Source: Ignavibacteriota bacterium (GTDB taxonomy: Bacteria > Bacteroidota > Ignavibacteria > UBA10030 > UBA6906). From it: a DNA stretch of 64,000 nucleotides. Below the pieces are notes generated by a model. That model searched no databases. It was not told the DNA's origin and saw only the letters and a program-made list of their open reading frames with translations. Of the stretch, positions 21,165 through 31,654 are shown piece after piece. How positions within the stretch are numbered: position 1 is the stretch's first letter; every line of letters begins with the position of its first letter. Location: the NCBI GenBank assembly GCA_963801355.1, contig CAWDEM010000008.1, positions 1,760,001-1,824,000 of the forward strand, read 5' to 3'. The position numbers were made by a program, and so were the translations under genes.

Positions 21165-22208
21165 ATGAATACCAGAGCTGCTATTTTCAAGGCCCTGTCT
21201 TCCCGGGGGGAGGTTCGTTCGAGCGTTATCGCCCGGGAGGCAGGGGTTTCGCGTGCGTATGTTCATCGTATGCTCCAGCAGCTCGAAAATGAAGGAATCT
21301 TGAGACTAGTTGGCAAAGCTAACCAGGCCCGATATGTCTCCGCCGATCGGGGGAGCATTAGAAAGGCCCTCGCTGCACAGCCCACCTTTCACGCAATGTT
21401 GCGCAACGAGAAGCTCGAAGAAGACAGGATCCTGGATCGGATCAAGGCGGAATCCGGCATCTTCCAGGGCATGCATGCAAACGTGGCCCGGATCATTGAG
21501 TACGGATTCACCGAAATGCTCAACAATGCGATCGAGCACTCTCGGTCCCGGATGATCGATGTCCGCATGGCGCGGTCCGATGCAGTAGTCACCTTCTCAG
21601 TGCTCGACCGTGGGATCGGGATTCTTCGCAATATCATGCAGAAGCGGCACCTCAAGGATGAGCAGGAGGCCCTCCAAGATCTCCTCAAAGGAAAGCTTAC
21701 GACGGCACCCGACCGACACAGCGGAGAAGGAATATTCTTCACATCTAAAGTCGCCGATGGACTTGTGATCCGAACCTCCGACAAGAAGGTCCTTTTCGAC
21801 AACCTCCTCCCGGACGTTTTCGTGCGCACTGTGAAGTCCCGGCAAGGAACACAGGTGGATTTCTGGATTGCGCTGGCATCCAAACGAAAACTCGGGTCAA
21901 TCTTCAACCGATTCACAGGAGAGGAGATGAGCTTTGACAAGACCCGCGTCGGTGTCGCACTGTTCAAAGCGGGCACAGACTATGTCTCCCGTTCGCAGGC
22001 ACGACGTCTCCTTGCCGGACTCGAAGAATTCCGCGAAATCGAACTGGACTTCACCCGTGTGGAGGTCGTCGGCCAGGCTTTTGCCGACGAAGTGTTCCGG
22101 GTTTGGAGCCGCCGCCATACCGGCAAGGTTATCCGGGTTGTACATGCCTCTCCCGATGTCCAATTCATGATCTCCCGGGCACTGGCACAACCATCCCCGA
22201 AGACATAG
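21165..22208 (+). CDS. wHTH - HATPase_c - STAS-like (DUF4325) protein
   Basis: N-terminal HTH (IAREAGVSRAYV), EMLNNAIEHS N-box, DRGIGI, HSGEGIFF, C-terminal SRSQARR..LDF..VGQAFADEVF. Confidence 0.85.
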   Translation: MNTRAAIFKALSSRGEVRSSVIAREAGVSRAYVHRMLQQLENEGILRLVGKANQARYVSADRGSIRKALAAQPTFHAMLRNEKLEEDRILDRIKAESGIFQGMHANVARIIEYGFTEMLNNAIEHSRSRMIDVRMARSDAVVTFSVLDRGIGILRNIMQKRHLKDEQEALQDLLKGKLTTAPDRHSGEGIFFTSKVADGLVIRTSDKKVLFDNLLPDVFVRTVKSRQGTQVDFWIALASKRKLGSIFNRFTGEEMSFDKTRVGVALFKAGTDYVSRSQARRLLAGLEEFREIELDFTRVEVVGQAFADEVFRVWSRRHTGKVIRVVHASPDVQFMISRALAQPSPKT

Positions 22209-22254
22209 CCCCTCACTGTCAGAAACCCTCGTCATACAGGCCGGAGGAGTCGTC

Positions 22255-23250
22255 ATGAAAGTCCTTTTTATCGGCGGCACGGGCAACATCAGCACATCGG
22301 TGAGCCTGGCTTGCATTGAACGGCGGATTGATCTGTACCTTCTCACGCGCGGGACGCGGCATGTCGATATCCCCGGGGCTCGACTGATCCGGGGGGATAT
22401 CAACAACCCAGGCGACATCAAATCGTTTCTTGAGGAGAACCGCTGGGACTCGGTTGTCGATTGGATAGCCTACACGCCGGAGGATATTGAAAGGGACATC
22501 GCGCTGTTCCGGGGCAGGACAGCCCAGTTCATATTCATCAGTTCCGCCTCAGCATACCAGAAGCCCCCCGTGCATCCGGTCATTACCGAGTCAACCCCGC
22601 TCTGCAATCCATACTGGGAATACTCGCGTAACAAAATCGCCTGCGAGGAACGACTGAACCGGGCTTACCGGGACGAAGGATTTCCGATGACGATCGTGCG
22701 GCCATCCCTGACCTACGACACGGTGATCCCCGTGGCGATCGGTGGTTGGACGGAATACACAGTGATCGATCGGATAAAGAAAGGCCAACCGCTTATCGTT
22801 CATGGCGACGGGACATCTCTCTGGACGGTAACGCACGCCGAAGATTTTGCGAAGGGATTTATCGGACTTCTCGGTCATCCGCAAACCATAGGGGAAGCGT
22901 TTCACATCACATCAGATGAGACACTCACGTGGGATCAGATTTACCGGAGGGTCGCAACGGCCGCGGGGTGCGAACCTCATCTGGTCCATATCCCCTCTGA
23001 CTTCATCGCGGGGTGTGAGCAGTCTCTCAGCGGAGGATTGCTTGGGGACAAAGCACACAGTGTTATTTTCGACAACAGCAAGATCAGGCGAATCGTCCCT
23101 GATTTCAAGGCGACGATTCCCTTCCATCTCGGCATCCGGAAGACACTGGCATGGTTTGATGCTGATCCTGCGCGCCGGATCGTCAAGAAGGAAACCCATG
23201 CAATGATGGACCGGATACTCCACGCCTACATGGGAAAAACATCCGATTGA
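22255..23250 (+). CDS. Atypical SDR / NAD-dependent epimerase-dehydratase family protein
   Basis: MKVLFIGGTGNIS Rossmann motif, FISSASAY, YSRNK. Confidence 0.9.
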   Translation: MKVLFIGGTGNISTSVSLACIERRIDLYLLTRGTRHVDIPGARLIRGDINNPGDIKSFLEENRWDSVVDWIAYTPEDIERDIALFRGRTAQFIFISSASAYQKPPVHPVITESTPLCNPYWEYSRNKIACEERLNRAYRDEGFPMTIVRPSLTYDTVIPVAIGGWTEYTVIDRIKKGQPLIVHGDGTSLWTVTHAEDFAKGFIGLLGHPQTIGEAFHITSDETLTWDQIYRRVATAAGCEPHLVHIPSDFIAGCEQSLSGGLLGDKAHSVIFDNSKIRRIVPDFKATIPFHLGIRKTLAWFDADPARRIVKKETHAMMDRILHAYMGKTSD

Positions 23251-23395
23251 GGATCCTTCGGATCGCTGTCTTCTTGCTCCGGTTCCCCGGTCGATGCGTT
23301 GCCACGCAGATGTGCAGTCCTCTTCGTGAGATATCCCACCCGGCTTTCCGCCTTGACCTGCGAGTGCGATCTGTCAATGCCAGACGCCGCCCGGC

Positions 23396-24547
23396 TTACG
23401 GTGTATACTTTGCTATCGCATATCCTGAACGTGTGGAGCTGTATCCTACCAAGTACAGTGCATCACCCGCAACAACTGGGAAAGAGCCAAAGCCGGATGA
23501 CGACATGACGGAGGCCAACCACGATCCCGCGACCAGATCGTACTGGTATATGTCGACCCCGGAGAAGAAGAATATCTTCTTGTCAAACACCACTGCCTTA
23601 GGGCGGCCATCAAGATTTGCGAAGGGGATTTCGGGCATCGTCGTCCACGTATTGCCCACCGGGTTAAACCGCGCCATTTTGTTTGGCGTCTCGGTGCCTC
23701 CCAACACATAGATTTGCCCGTTGTAGGAAACCGCTGCAGACCAGGAGATTGCAATGGGGTAATTCGCGATCGATTTCCAGGTGTTCGTTGTTGCGTTATA
23801 TACTTGGCATGTGTTCAGAGGGCCACGGCCGCCCACAAAGTAGATGTCATCGCCGTTGACTGCCACGCCGGCTTCTCCCCTGCGATTGGCGGCAGGATAA
23901 TTCCCGGCACTCCATGTGTTCGTGACGGGTGTGTACACCATCCCGTCGTTCGCAAAGTAGTAGAGCTTATTGCTGGAAGCGACGAGATTTGACATGTACC
24001 CGCACGCGCACAGGGGGTTCCCCGTCAGACTCTTCTCAGCATAGGTGTTAGTGGGCAAGTCGTAGGCAATGAAGTGCTGCTGGGACCCTGTATTGTTAGG
24101 AGTTGCGAAGTAAATGGTGTTGTTCAACCCTGAGGCAAATTCCCAGCCTGTCGGGCCCGGGATCGCGATGGTATTGCCGTAGTAATCCCACGGAATGGGT
24201 ATCATGCCGATGCTGTCATAGGTGAGCGGAGCAGCAGAGGGAACCGTGATGGGTCCGTAGAAATTGTTGTACTTCGGCGCCTGGGCAGAGATCGTGTGGG
24301 CACCGACCGACAAACTCAATTGGAACTTACCATTGGCGTCAGCCGTGTCCACCTTTCCGCCAGCGCTGACGATCGCCCCCGGAACCTTCGTCGTGGTCCC
24401 CTGGCGGTAGACCGTTCCTGTCACCGTCGCCAACGCGCCCGCCCCCCCAGACGCTGGTTGTGTAGGAGCACTGTCCTCTTTTGAACAACCTGCCCATAAC
24501 AAAGCTGCTGACAGCAGCACAATGCCTGTACCCGTGGCCTGTTTCAT
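23396..24547 (-). CDS. Lipoprotein with carboxypeptidase-regulatory-like domain and Kelch repeats
   Basis: Lipobox LWAGC; IYFVGG and IYVLGG..W Kelch blades; ATG at 24547. Confidence 0.8.
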   Translation of the reverse strand: MKQATGTGIVLLSAALLWAGCSKEDSAPTQPASGGAGALATVTGTVYRQGTTTKVPGAIVSAGGKVDTADANGKFQLSLSVGAHTISAQAPKYNNFYGPITVPSAAPLTYDSIGMIPIPWDYYGNTIAIPGPTGWEFASGLNNTIYFATPNNTGSQQHFIAYDLPTNTYAEKSLTGNPLCACGYMSNLVASSNKLYYFANDGMVYTPVTNTWSAGNYPAANRRGEAGVAVNGDDIYFVGGRGPLNTCQVYNATTNTWKSIANYPIAISWSAAVSYNGQIYVLGGTETPNKMARFNPVGNTWTTMPEIPFANLDGRPKAVVFDKKIFFFSGVDIYQYDLVAGSWLASVMSSSGFGSFPVVAGDALYLVGYSSTRSGYAIAKYTP

Positions 24548-24650
24548 GACTCTGTTTCCTCCAATGATAATAGAAGGTAACGCAGGGTCCAGCCCGAAGG
24601 TTCCCACGAAATGCCCGGTGGCCGGGCGCAGAGTCAACTTCGCCCTGATG

Positions 24651-24679
24651 TTGATTGGAAGTTCCCCATCAGTTACATT
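24651..24679 (+). promoter_or_regulatory. Putative sigma70 promoter of the DUF1080 operon
   Basis: TTGATT-N17-TACATT 30 nt before ATG 24710. Confidence 0.5.
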
Positions 24680-24709
24680 CTTCTATCACATTCTCCGAAA
24701 GGAAAATGC

Positions 24710-25456
24710 ATGAATCTCCGTGTGTCATTCGTGCTGAGCCTGTTTCTCTCTTCCTTCCTGCTTCCCGCTGTAGCGCAGCACACACAAATCGCACCGAACA
24801 CTCTCTCACCCAAAGAGCAGAAGCACGGCTGGCGCCTCTTGTTTGATGGGAAGACGATGAACGGCTGGCGCGGTGCCTACATGGATTCCCTGCCGGCGCG
24901 CGGATGGGAAGTGCGAGACGGCATGTTGATCGTCCAGGCCTCCGGCGGCGGTGAAGCTGCGTTCGGCGGTGACATTGTGACCGTCGAGGAGTTCAGCAAC
25001 TTCGAACTCACGGTGGATTTCAAACTCACCGAAGGAGCAAACAGTGGCATCAAGTACTTCGTGACAGAGCAGTTGCCCAAAACACCGGGCTCGGCGAAAG
25101 GACTGGAATACCAGGTCCTGGATGATGCAAAACATCCTGATGCGAAGATGGGCATCAACGGAAATCGTACGCTCGCCTCATTATATGACCTGATCCCCGC
25201 ACAACATAAGAAGCCCGCCCCGATCGGAGAATGGAATCACGCACGGATCCTCGTCAAGAAGGCTCATGTCGAACACTGGCTCAACGGCGTGAAAGTGCTC
25301 GAGTACGAACGAGGAGGGAAGAAATTCCTCGCCCACAAAGCTGAAAGCAAGTTCAAAGACCTCCCGGGGTTTGGCGAGGCAGAAAAGGGTCACATACTGC
25401 TTCAAGACCACGGGAACCAAGTGTTTTTCCGGAACGTCAAAATTCGACCTCTCTAG
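24710..25456 (+). CDS. DUF1080 (3-keto-disaccharide hydrolase/hydratase family) protein
   Basis: Signal peptide, [41 protein letters not shown]. Confidence 0.9.
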   Translation: MNLRVSFVLSLFLSSFLLPAVAQHTQIAPNTLSPKEQKHGWRLLFDGKTMNGWRGAYMDSLPARGWEVRDGMLIVQASGGGEAAFGGDIVTVEEFSNFELTVDFKLTEGANSGIKYFVTEQLPKTPGSAKGLEYQVLDDAKHPDAKMGINGNRTLASLYDLIPAQHKKPAPIGEWNHARILVKKAHVEHWLNGVKVLEYERGGKKFLAHKAESKFKDLPGFGEAEKGHILLQDHGNQVFFRNVKIRPL

Positions 25457-25471
25457 CAAGGACGCCGCCCA

Positions 25472-26322
25472 ATGAACCATCCATCCCGACGTGACTTTCT
25501 GAAGACTGCGGACTTACAGTCGCGGGCGCGACGGTGGTACCGCAGCTCTCCCGGGCGCATGCCTCCCCCGTTCCCATCGCCGCGTACCCGTTCCAGTTCG
25601 GCATCGCCTCGTACACCTTCCGGGCGTTCTCACTTGATCAGACCATTGAAATGACGAAGCGGCTCGGCCTGACGCATATGACGTTGAAAGACATGCACCT
25701 CCCGCTGAGCTCCACACCCGAACAGATCGCCGATGCGAGGAGGAAAATTGCCGGTGCCGGCCTGACGCTCATGTCCTGCGGCGTGGTCTATATGAACACG
25801 GAAGATGAGCTGAAGAAAGGGTTTGCCTACGCGAGGGCCACCGGACTTCCTATGCTTATCGGTGTTCCCGACAAATCCTTGCTGGGTCCTGCGGAAAGTC
25901 TGGTCAAGCAAACTGACATTGTTCTCGCGATACACAATCATGGCCCGACGGACGAACGGTTCCCGAGCCCGGAAAGCGCCTATTCGCTGATCAAGAACAT
26001 GGACAAGCGGATGGGATTGTGCGTGGACGTGGGTCACACACAACGGCTCGGATTGGATCCTGCTGAAGAGATCGAAAAGTTTGCGGACCGCGTCTTCGAC
26101 GTGCACATCAAAGACGTCACCTCGGCTGACGCAAAGGGCACGACGGTCGAAATGGGGCGCGGGGTCATCAATATCCCCCGTATCATGCGGGTGCTGAAGC
26201 AGATCGGCTATTCCCGCACGCTTCACTTCGAATTTGAGAAGGATCAGAAGGATCCGCTTCCTGGCGTCGCCGAGTCGGTCGGCTACCTGCGAGGAGTACT
26301 GGCGGCGGACTCACAAGGATAA
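25472..26322 (+). pseudogene. Tat-exported sugar phosphate isomerase/epimerase (xylose-isomerase-like TIM barrel), -1 frameshift after the Tat motif
   Basis: MNHPSRRDFLKTA in one frame; (G)LTVAGATVVPQLSRAHA..AIHNHGP..DVGH..VHIKD..EFE in another. GG at 25510-11 would need to be GGG. Confidence 0.75.
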
Positions 26323-26343
26323 GTGTGCCAAAGGAGCTGCACG

Positions 26344-27702
26344 ATGACTATGACACAGACACGACGGGAATTCCTCCGCAACGCCGCCGCCGGCGGCACG
26401 GCGATTGCCGCGGGCATCATCGGCACCGGCGCTCTCAGCTATAGCCGCATCCTCGGATCGAACGACCGTGTACGGGTTGGCATCGTCGGGTTTTCGGACC
26501 GCGCAAAGGCGACCCTGATTCCGGCACTCCTCGTTCACGCGAAGGAATTGAACTTTGAGATCACCGCGATCTCAGACATCTGGAGCCGTCGCCGGGAAGA
26601 AGGTGCGGCGTTCGTGAAACAGCTCACCGGCAAGGCGGTGACTCTTGCCCGGAACAACGAGGAACTGTATGAACGCCGGCTCGCCGATGCTGTGATCATC
26701 AGTACAGCGGACTTCCAGCATGCCCTCCATGGAGTGGAAGCGGTACAGGCCGGCGTTGATGCCTACATCGAAAAGCCGATGGCAGAGTCGATGACGGATG
26801 CGCGCACAATTCTCAAGGCGGTGAAGGCATCGAAACAGGTCGTGCAGATTGGCTCGCAGCGACGCAGCGGTGCGAACTACATAGCAGCTCACAAGTATAT
26901 CGCCTCGGGCAAGTTCGGCGCGATCACGATGGTGGAAATGACCTGGAACGTCAATCAGCCGGGTCGCTGGCGCCGCCCGAAGCTCGTCGCTGAGATTCAG
27001 CAAGGCGATACCGATTGGAAACGGTACGTAATGGGAAAAACTCACGATACATGGGATGCGCGGAAGTACATCGAATATCGCCTCTTCTGGCCGTATTCCT
27101 CCGGCATCCCGGGTCAATGGATGTCGCACCAGATCGATACGGTTCACTGGTTTTCCGGCTTGCGACGTCCACGGAGCGTGGTTGCGAACGGAGGCATCTA
27201 TGTGTGGAAAGACGGGCGCGAAAATGCGGATACGATGACCGCGGTGTTTGACTATGGACCACTGAACGATCCGGCTACGGGATTCCAGGTGTTGTATTCC
27301 TCCCGCATGCACAATTCCGCCGGAGGCGTCAAAGAGATCTATTTTTCCAATGCCGGCACACTCAATCTCGACATGAATGAAATCACGCCGGACGGAGGGC
27401 TGAAGGCTCCGCAGGCGGCGGAGATGGGAATGGCGCCGAATCTCCTCGAACCGATGACACTGGAATCAGACGAGCGGGTCGTGACGGAAGCTAATACCAG
27501 CGTGGATGGCATGAGTTCGGCGCATATGCGCAATTGGATGGAATGCATTCGAAGCCGCAAGACCCCGAATGCCGACATCGTGGCGGGCTACGACCACTCG
27601 GTCGCAGATGTCATGACGACGGCAGCTCTGCACACCGGCCAGCGGGTGACGTTTGATGACGCCACGCAAGAAGTGAAGGCGGGTGACACAATCTTCAAGT
27701 GA
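26344..27702 (+). CDS. Tat-exported Gfo/Idh/MocA oxidoreductase
   Basis: TRREFL Tat motif, RVGIVG, YIEKPM, QIGSQRRS, HQID. Confidence 0.92.
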   Translation: MTMTQTRREFLRNAAAGGTAIAAGIIGTGALSYSRILGSNDRVRVGIVGFSDRAKATLIPALLVHAKELNFEITAISDIWSRRREEGAAFVKQLTGKAVTLARNNEELYERRLADAVIISTADFQHALHGVEAVQAGVDAYIEKPMAESMTDARTILKAVKASKQVVQIGSQRRSGANYIAAHKYIASGKFGAITMVEMTWNVNQPGRWRRPKLVAEIQQGDTDWKRYVMGKTHDTWDARKYIEYRLFWPYSSGIPGQWMSHQIDTVHWFSGLRRPRSVVANGGIYVWKDGRENADTMTAVFDYGPLNDPATGFQVLYSSRMHNSAGGVKEIYFSNAGTLNLDMNEITPDGGLKAPQAAEMGMAPNLLEPMTLESDERVVTEANTSVDGMSSAHMRNWMECIRSRKTPNADIVAGYDHSVADVMTTAALHTGQRVTFDDATQEVKAGDTIFK

Positions 27703-27766
27703 GGGACCTGCAACGAAGACAATGTCAGAAGGAGACTCACAACGATAAGTTGATTGAGGGCGCATT

Positions 27767-30358
27767 TCATTCAAATACGTTCTCGATGAGGACAAAGCGC
27801 ATTTTTCGGTAGCTCTCAGTGTAGGCGATCTCGCTGGCATCCCTGCTGACACTGAAGTAGGCACCCAGACCCGGGAATCTCCTCACCATCAGGTCCTTCC
27901 CGCCCGGCAGGGAAATATGGTGAAGCTCCGAGCTCCCAAGAGGGACATAATACAAATCGCGCATCCCCGGGGGAAATATCCCGTACGAGATCCCTCTGGT
28001 CAGTCTTCTTGTGTTTGCCGTCCTTGTTGCACTGAAGGCGGATCCCGCAGTTATCCACCAACCTTCTCTGCCGCTTCGCCAATCAAGCCCGACAACGTAC
28101 TTCCCTTGTAGCACTGGGACCGCCATCACTGAATCTTCTGAGATCTTCACCCCGCCGGGCTTATCGATAGCCCTCGTGTATGTGCCTGAAAATCCCCATG
28201 ATGCAAACTCCTTTTCACTGTACCAGGGAGAGTTTCCCCCTCTGCCCATAGCTCTCGGCTGGCCTGGGCTGTCAGCCTGAATCAGATAGACTTGCGAGGA
28301 ATCTTGGGGGTCGGAACCCCTGCGGGAATGGTATGTTATCCACTTCTCATCGGGAGACCAGAGTGGCGCGGATTTGTACAGAAGATCATCCGTCAACTTC
28401 CTGACGTTCCCCCCGTCTCTGTCCATCAAGTAAATGTTTCTCGCGGTGTTGATGGCGTCAACTTCTTGTGCGGGAAAAGCGATATACCGCCCGCTTGGTG
28501 AAATCGAGGCCAGCCCTCGTTCCCGTTCATCCACAGTGAGTTGCCGGATGGTGCCATCTTTGGTGCTGGCGATCTTGATCTGTCCGATGTCCTGGATTTC
28601 TGCGTACATCAGCTTGTCGCCATCCGGCGTCATGCCCAGGGGGACGTCAGGTCCGCTACCGCGGGTTACCCGAACAGGCTCTCCCCCGCTTGCCGGGATC
28701 ATCCAGATATTAACGTTGCCGCCCCTGTTCGATGAATAGAAGATATGACCTGTCCGGGTCCAGATTGCATCATCCGCAAATTTCTCATCACGGGTCAGTG
28801 GAAGGTCTCTGCCACTCTCAAGGTCACGGATCATGATCTCGGAGTGTCCCTGCGGAAAGTTCCTTGTCCATGCGATTGATTTGCCATCGGGCGAGTAATG
28901 GAATGCGAAGCGAATCCCGGGACTTGCTGTTATGGTGTCGGTGATCTCGATACGGCGATCCGATCCGTCCGGTTTGCAGCTCCACCACCGATTGATCGAT
29001 CGACCCGCCCTGAGATCCTCGTCGTGCAGATATCCGAACCGCTCCCCATCGGGCCTCCAGACCTGGTCGTAGCCATTGTCCACGACGACCCTCCCCGTCC
29101 CACCCAGCGAAGAAATACTTACGATTTCGTAAGGTTCCCGGGGAGCAGAGTGACGCGAATAGAGGATCGTGCCTGCATCCGGCGATAGGGCGACATTGAA
29201 TATGTGACTGCAGGAATCGTGTGTAATTCTTCGCGGTTGTCCCTGCGCAACGTTCATCATGTAGACGTCAAACTTGTCGCGATCATCTGCAGCGGGGAAA
29301 GCGATCCAGCTTCCATCCCGTGACATGCTGGCATAGGCAACATCCCGGAAAGGGAGTTGCAGGACCCGGAATTTCATCTCCGGATTGAGCCGAGGTGCAC
29401 GGGAGAGCAGAAGAACCGCGACGACCGCACACACAACTGCGATTGCACCGGACAGGAGAAAAGCGAGCCGCCGCTTTGAGCGACCCCGCGGATTCCCCGG
29501 AGGGACCATGGCCATCTCCCCATGGCGCTCGGGGAATCGCACAACTCTCGTGCTCTCCTTTTTGAGTCTGCGAAGGTCAATCACCATATCGTGGACAGTC
29601 TGATACCGCTCCTCAGGATCCTTTTCCAGCGCCCGGTTGACTACATGCAACAACTCCGACGGGGCATCCGGGAGAGCCTTCTGTAGCGATTCAGGCTCCT
29701 CGTTCACGATTGAATACATCATCGCCGCCTCGTGCTCTCCCCGGAAAGGCAGGTGGCCCGTCAGCATTTCATAGAGCACCACGCCGAACGAGAAAATGTC
29801 CGACCGGGCATCAGTTTCTCTCCCTTCAATCTGCTCCGGTGCCATGTATGCCAGGGTCCCAACGGTGCTCGATGTCTTTGTAAGCTTCAGTGACCCCTTC
29901 AGCCTCGCTAACCCGAAATCCATCACTTTTACCTGGTCTTTCGAGTTGACCATGATGTTGTCTGTCTTGATGTCGCGATGCACGATCCCTTTGCTGTGGG
30001 CCTCATGAAGTGCCTCACCGATCTGTATCGCGTAGCCGACCGCTGCCTGGATCGAGCGAACAGGCACCATCTGGCTGAGTGTCTTGCCATCGACATATTC
30101 CATCGCGATGAAGGGCTGGTCTTCAGCTTCTGCAATATCGTAGATGGTGCAGACGTTGGGATGGTTGAGGGCGGAGGCGGCCTGAGCTTCCTGCAGAAAA
30201 CGGGCCCGCTCGGGTTCGTGAGACTGGAGACTGTGGGGGAGGAATTTCAGCGCGACGGTACGTTTGAGGCGGGTGTCTTCTGCTTTGTAGACGACACCCA
30301 TGCCGCCTTCGCCGAGCTTTTCGAGGATCTTGTAGTGGGAAACGGTCTGGCCGATCAT
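27767..30358 (-). CDS. Ser/Thr protein kinase K1: kinase - TM - PD40/TolB-like beta-propeller
   Basis: GEGGMGVVY, VALK, HRDIK, DFG, YMAPE; one TM; SPDG/WSPD repeats; ATG at 30358. Confidence 0.92.
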   Translation of the reverse strand: MIGQTVSHYKILEKLGEGGMGVVYKAEDTRLKRTVALKFLPHSLQSHEPERARFLQEAQAASALNHPNVCTIYDIAEAEDQPFIAMEYVDGKTLSQMVPVRSIQAAVGYAIQIGEALHEAHSKGIVHRDIKTDNIMVNSKDQVKVMDFGLARLKGSLKLTKTSSTVGTLAYMAPEQIEGRETDARSDIFSFGVVLYEMLTGHLPFRGEHEAAMMYSIVNEEPESLQKALPDAPSELLHVVNRALEKDPEERYQTVHDMVIDLRRLKKESTRVVRFPERHGEMAMVPPGNPRGRSKRRLAFLLSGAIAVVCAVVAVLLLSRAPRLNPEMKFRVLQLPFRDVAYASMSRDGSWIAFPAADDRDKFDVYMMNVAQGQPRRITHDSCSHIFNVALSPDAGTILYSRHSAPREPYEIVSISSLGGTGRVVVDNGYDQVWRPDGERFGYLHDEDLRAGRSINRWWSCKPDGSDRRIEITDTITASPGIRFAFHYSPDGKSIAWTRNFPQGHSEIMIRDLESGRDLPLTRDEKFADDAIWTRTGHIFYSSNRGGNVNIWMIPASGGEPVRVTRGSGPDVPLGMTPDGDKLMYAEIQDIGQIKIASTKDGTIRQLTVDERERGLASISPSGRYIAFPAQEVDAINTARNIYLMDRDGGNVRKLTDDLLYKSAPLWSPDEKWITYHSRRGSDPQDSSQVYLIQADSPGQPRAMGRGGNSPWYSEKEFASWGFSGTYTRAIDKPGGVKISEDSVMAVPVLQGKYVVGLDWRSGREGWWITAGSAFSATRTANTRRLTRGISYGIFPPGMRDLYYVPLGSSELHHISLPGGKDLMVRRFPGLGAYFSVSRDASEIAYTESYRKMRFVLIENVFE

Positions 30359-30472
30359 GGGGAACCCCAAGGGATTATCCACTATCCATGGATCTTGGGT
30401 AATTCGATCCCAACGGCACCGAGAACCAGGAGTACGGCACAATGATACGGCAGGAAAAATCGATAGTCAAAC
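30351..30472 (-). repeat. Promoter/leader/start module, copy 1 (K1)
   Basis: TTGACT-N17-TATCAT (30470-30442). Block 30407-30439 matches 32793-32825 at 28/33 nt. 24 nt longer than the other copies. Confidence 0.8.
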
Positions 30473-30475
30473 GAT

Positions 30476-31645
30476 CTATTCTGTGACGATTTCGATGATG
30501 TCCTCCAGCATGCGGTCAGGACACTTCCCATGCATGACGTTGATGATGACGGCTATGCTCACACCGTAATCCGGCAGATATGCCATATAGGCGGACGTGC
30601 CGATATTTCCTCCTCCATGTCCGTACGCCTTCTCCCCATTTGTTATCTTCTCCTTGAAGAGGAACACCCCCAGACCGTAGCCTTCGCACCAAGAACCTGC
30701 AGCGGCAGGATTGAAATCCAACATCTGATCCAATGACGCTCTTTTCAGGATCTTTCCGCCAAAGAGAGATTGACACCATACTGCCAGATCCTGGGCGGTG
30801 GTAAACACTCCTGATGATCCATATGTAATACTTTCGTGCGATGCCCTCGGAATGTATGTCAAATCCCTGATCGAGCCGTCCTTTTCAAAATTGTCTCCCC
30901 ACACATGCGCCAGCTGATCCATTGGAATATCCTCTTCCATCGAAAGGTACGTGTGTGTGAGTCCAAGCGGTTGCCAGAAACGCCGACGGAATTCTGTCGA
31001 GAGGGACGAACCGGTTGCCCGGGTTATGATCTGTGCAAGCAACAGGTAGTTCGTATTCGAATACCGGAAGCCCTTGCCCGGAGCGAAATGGGGATCTTTC
31101 AAATAGGTCAACACGACTTCCGGAGTGAAGACACTGTCACGATAGGCGATGAGGTCATCCCACAACTTCTGGTTCTCCCAGAACATGAAAACCCCGCTCG
31201 TGTGCGAGAGAAGCTGCCGGATCGTGATCGCGCCATCGATCTTGGGATGTGTCGGAAGCCATCTCTTCACCGGATCTTCCAGGGAGAGCAGTCCTTCCTC
31301 CGCGAGTCGGAGCACAAGGGCTGCGACCATGTTCTTGGTGATGCTGCCGGTGGCAAAGAGCATGTTTGGTTTCATGGCAACGGTATCGTGCGAGACACCT
31401 GCGCCTATGCAATGGACGGTTCCATCGCGCAACACGACTGCCGTGGATGCCCCCTTTACATCGTACTGTTGCAGCCGATCATTCAGAGCATCTCTCAACC
31501 GTTCGTCAAGTGAACGGACATCCCGGGAGCATGACGAGATGTAGGCAAGTGCTGAGGTAAGCAGTATGACGCCGAGTCTCGGACAGCAGACAATGGAAAA
31601 CCTTTCAAAGCAGTGACTCTTCCGTCGTTGTCGCTGGTTCTTCAT
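30476..31645 (-). CDS. Serine hydrolase, beta-lactamase/S12 family
   Basis: SITK (SxxK), LLSHTSG, YSNTNY, GHGG motifs; possible lipoprotein signal (YISSC). Confidence 0.88.
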   Translation of the reverse strand: MKNQRQRRKSHCFERFSIVCCPRLGVILLTSALAYISSCSRDVRSLDERLRDALNDRLQQYDVKGASTAVVLRDGTVHCIGAGVSHDTVAMKPNMLFATGSITKNMVAALVLRLAEEGLLSLEDPVKRWLPTHPKIDGAITIRQLLSHTSGVFMFWENQKLWDDLIAYRDSVFTPEVVLTYLKDPHFAPGKGFRYSNTNYLLLAQIITRATGSSLSTEFRRRFWQPLGLTHTYLSMEEDIPMDQLAHVWGDNFEKDGSIRDLTYIPRASHESITYGSSGVFTTAQDLAVWCQSLFGGKILKRASLDQMLDFNPAAAGSWCEGYGLGVFLFKEKITNGEKAYGHGGGNIGTSAYMAYLPDYGVSIAVIINVMHGKCPDRMLEDIIEIVTE

Positions 31646-31654
31646 TGCACCCTC

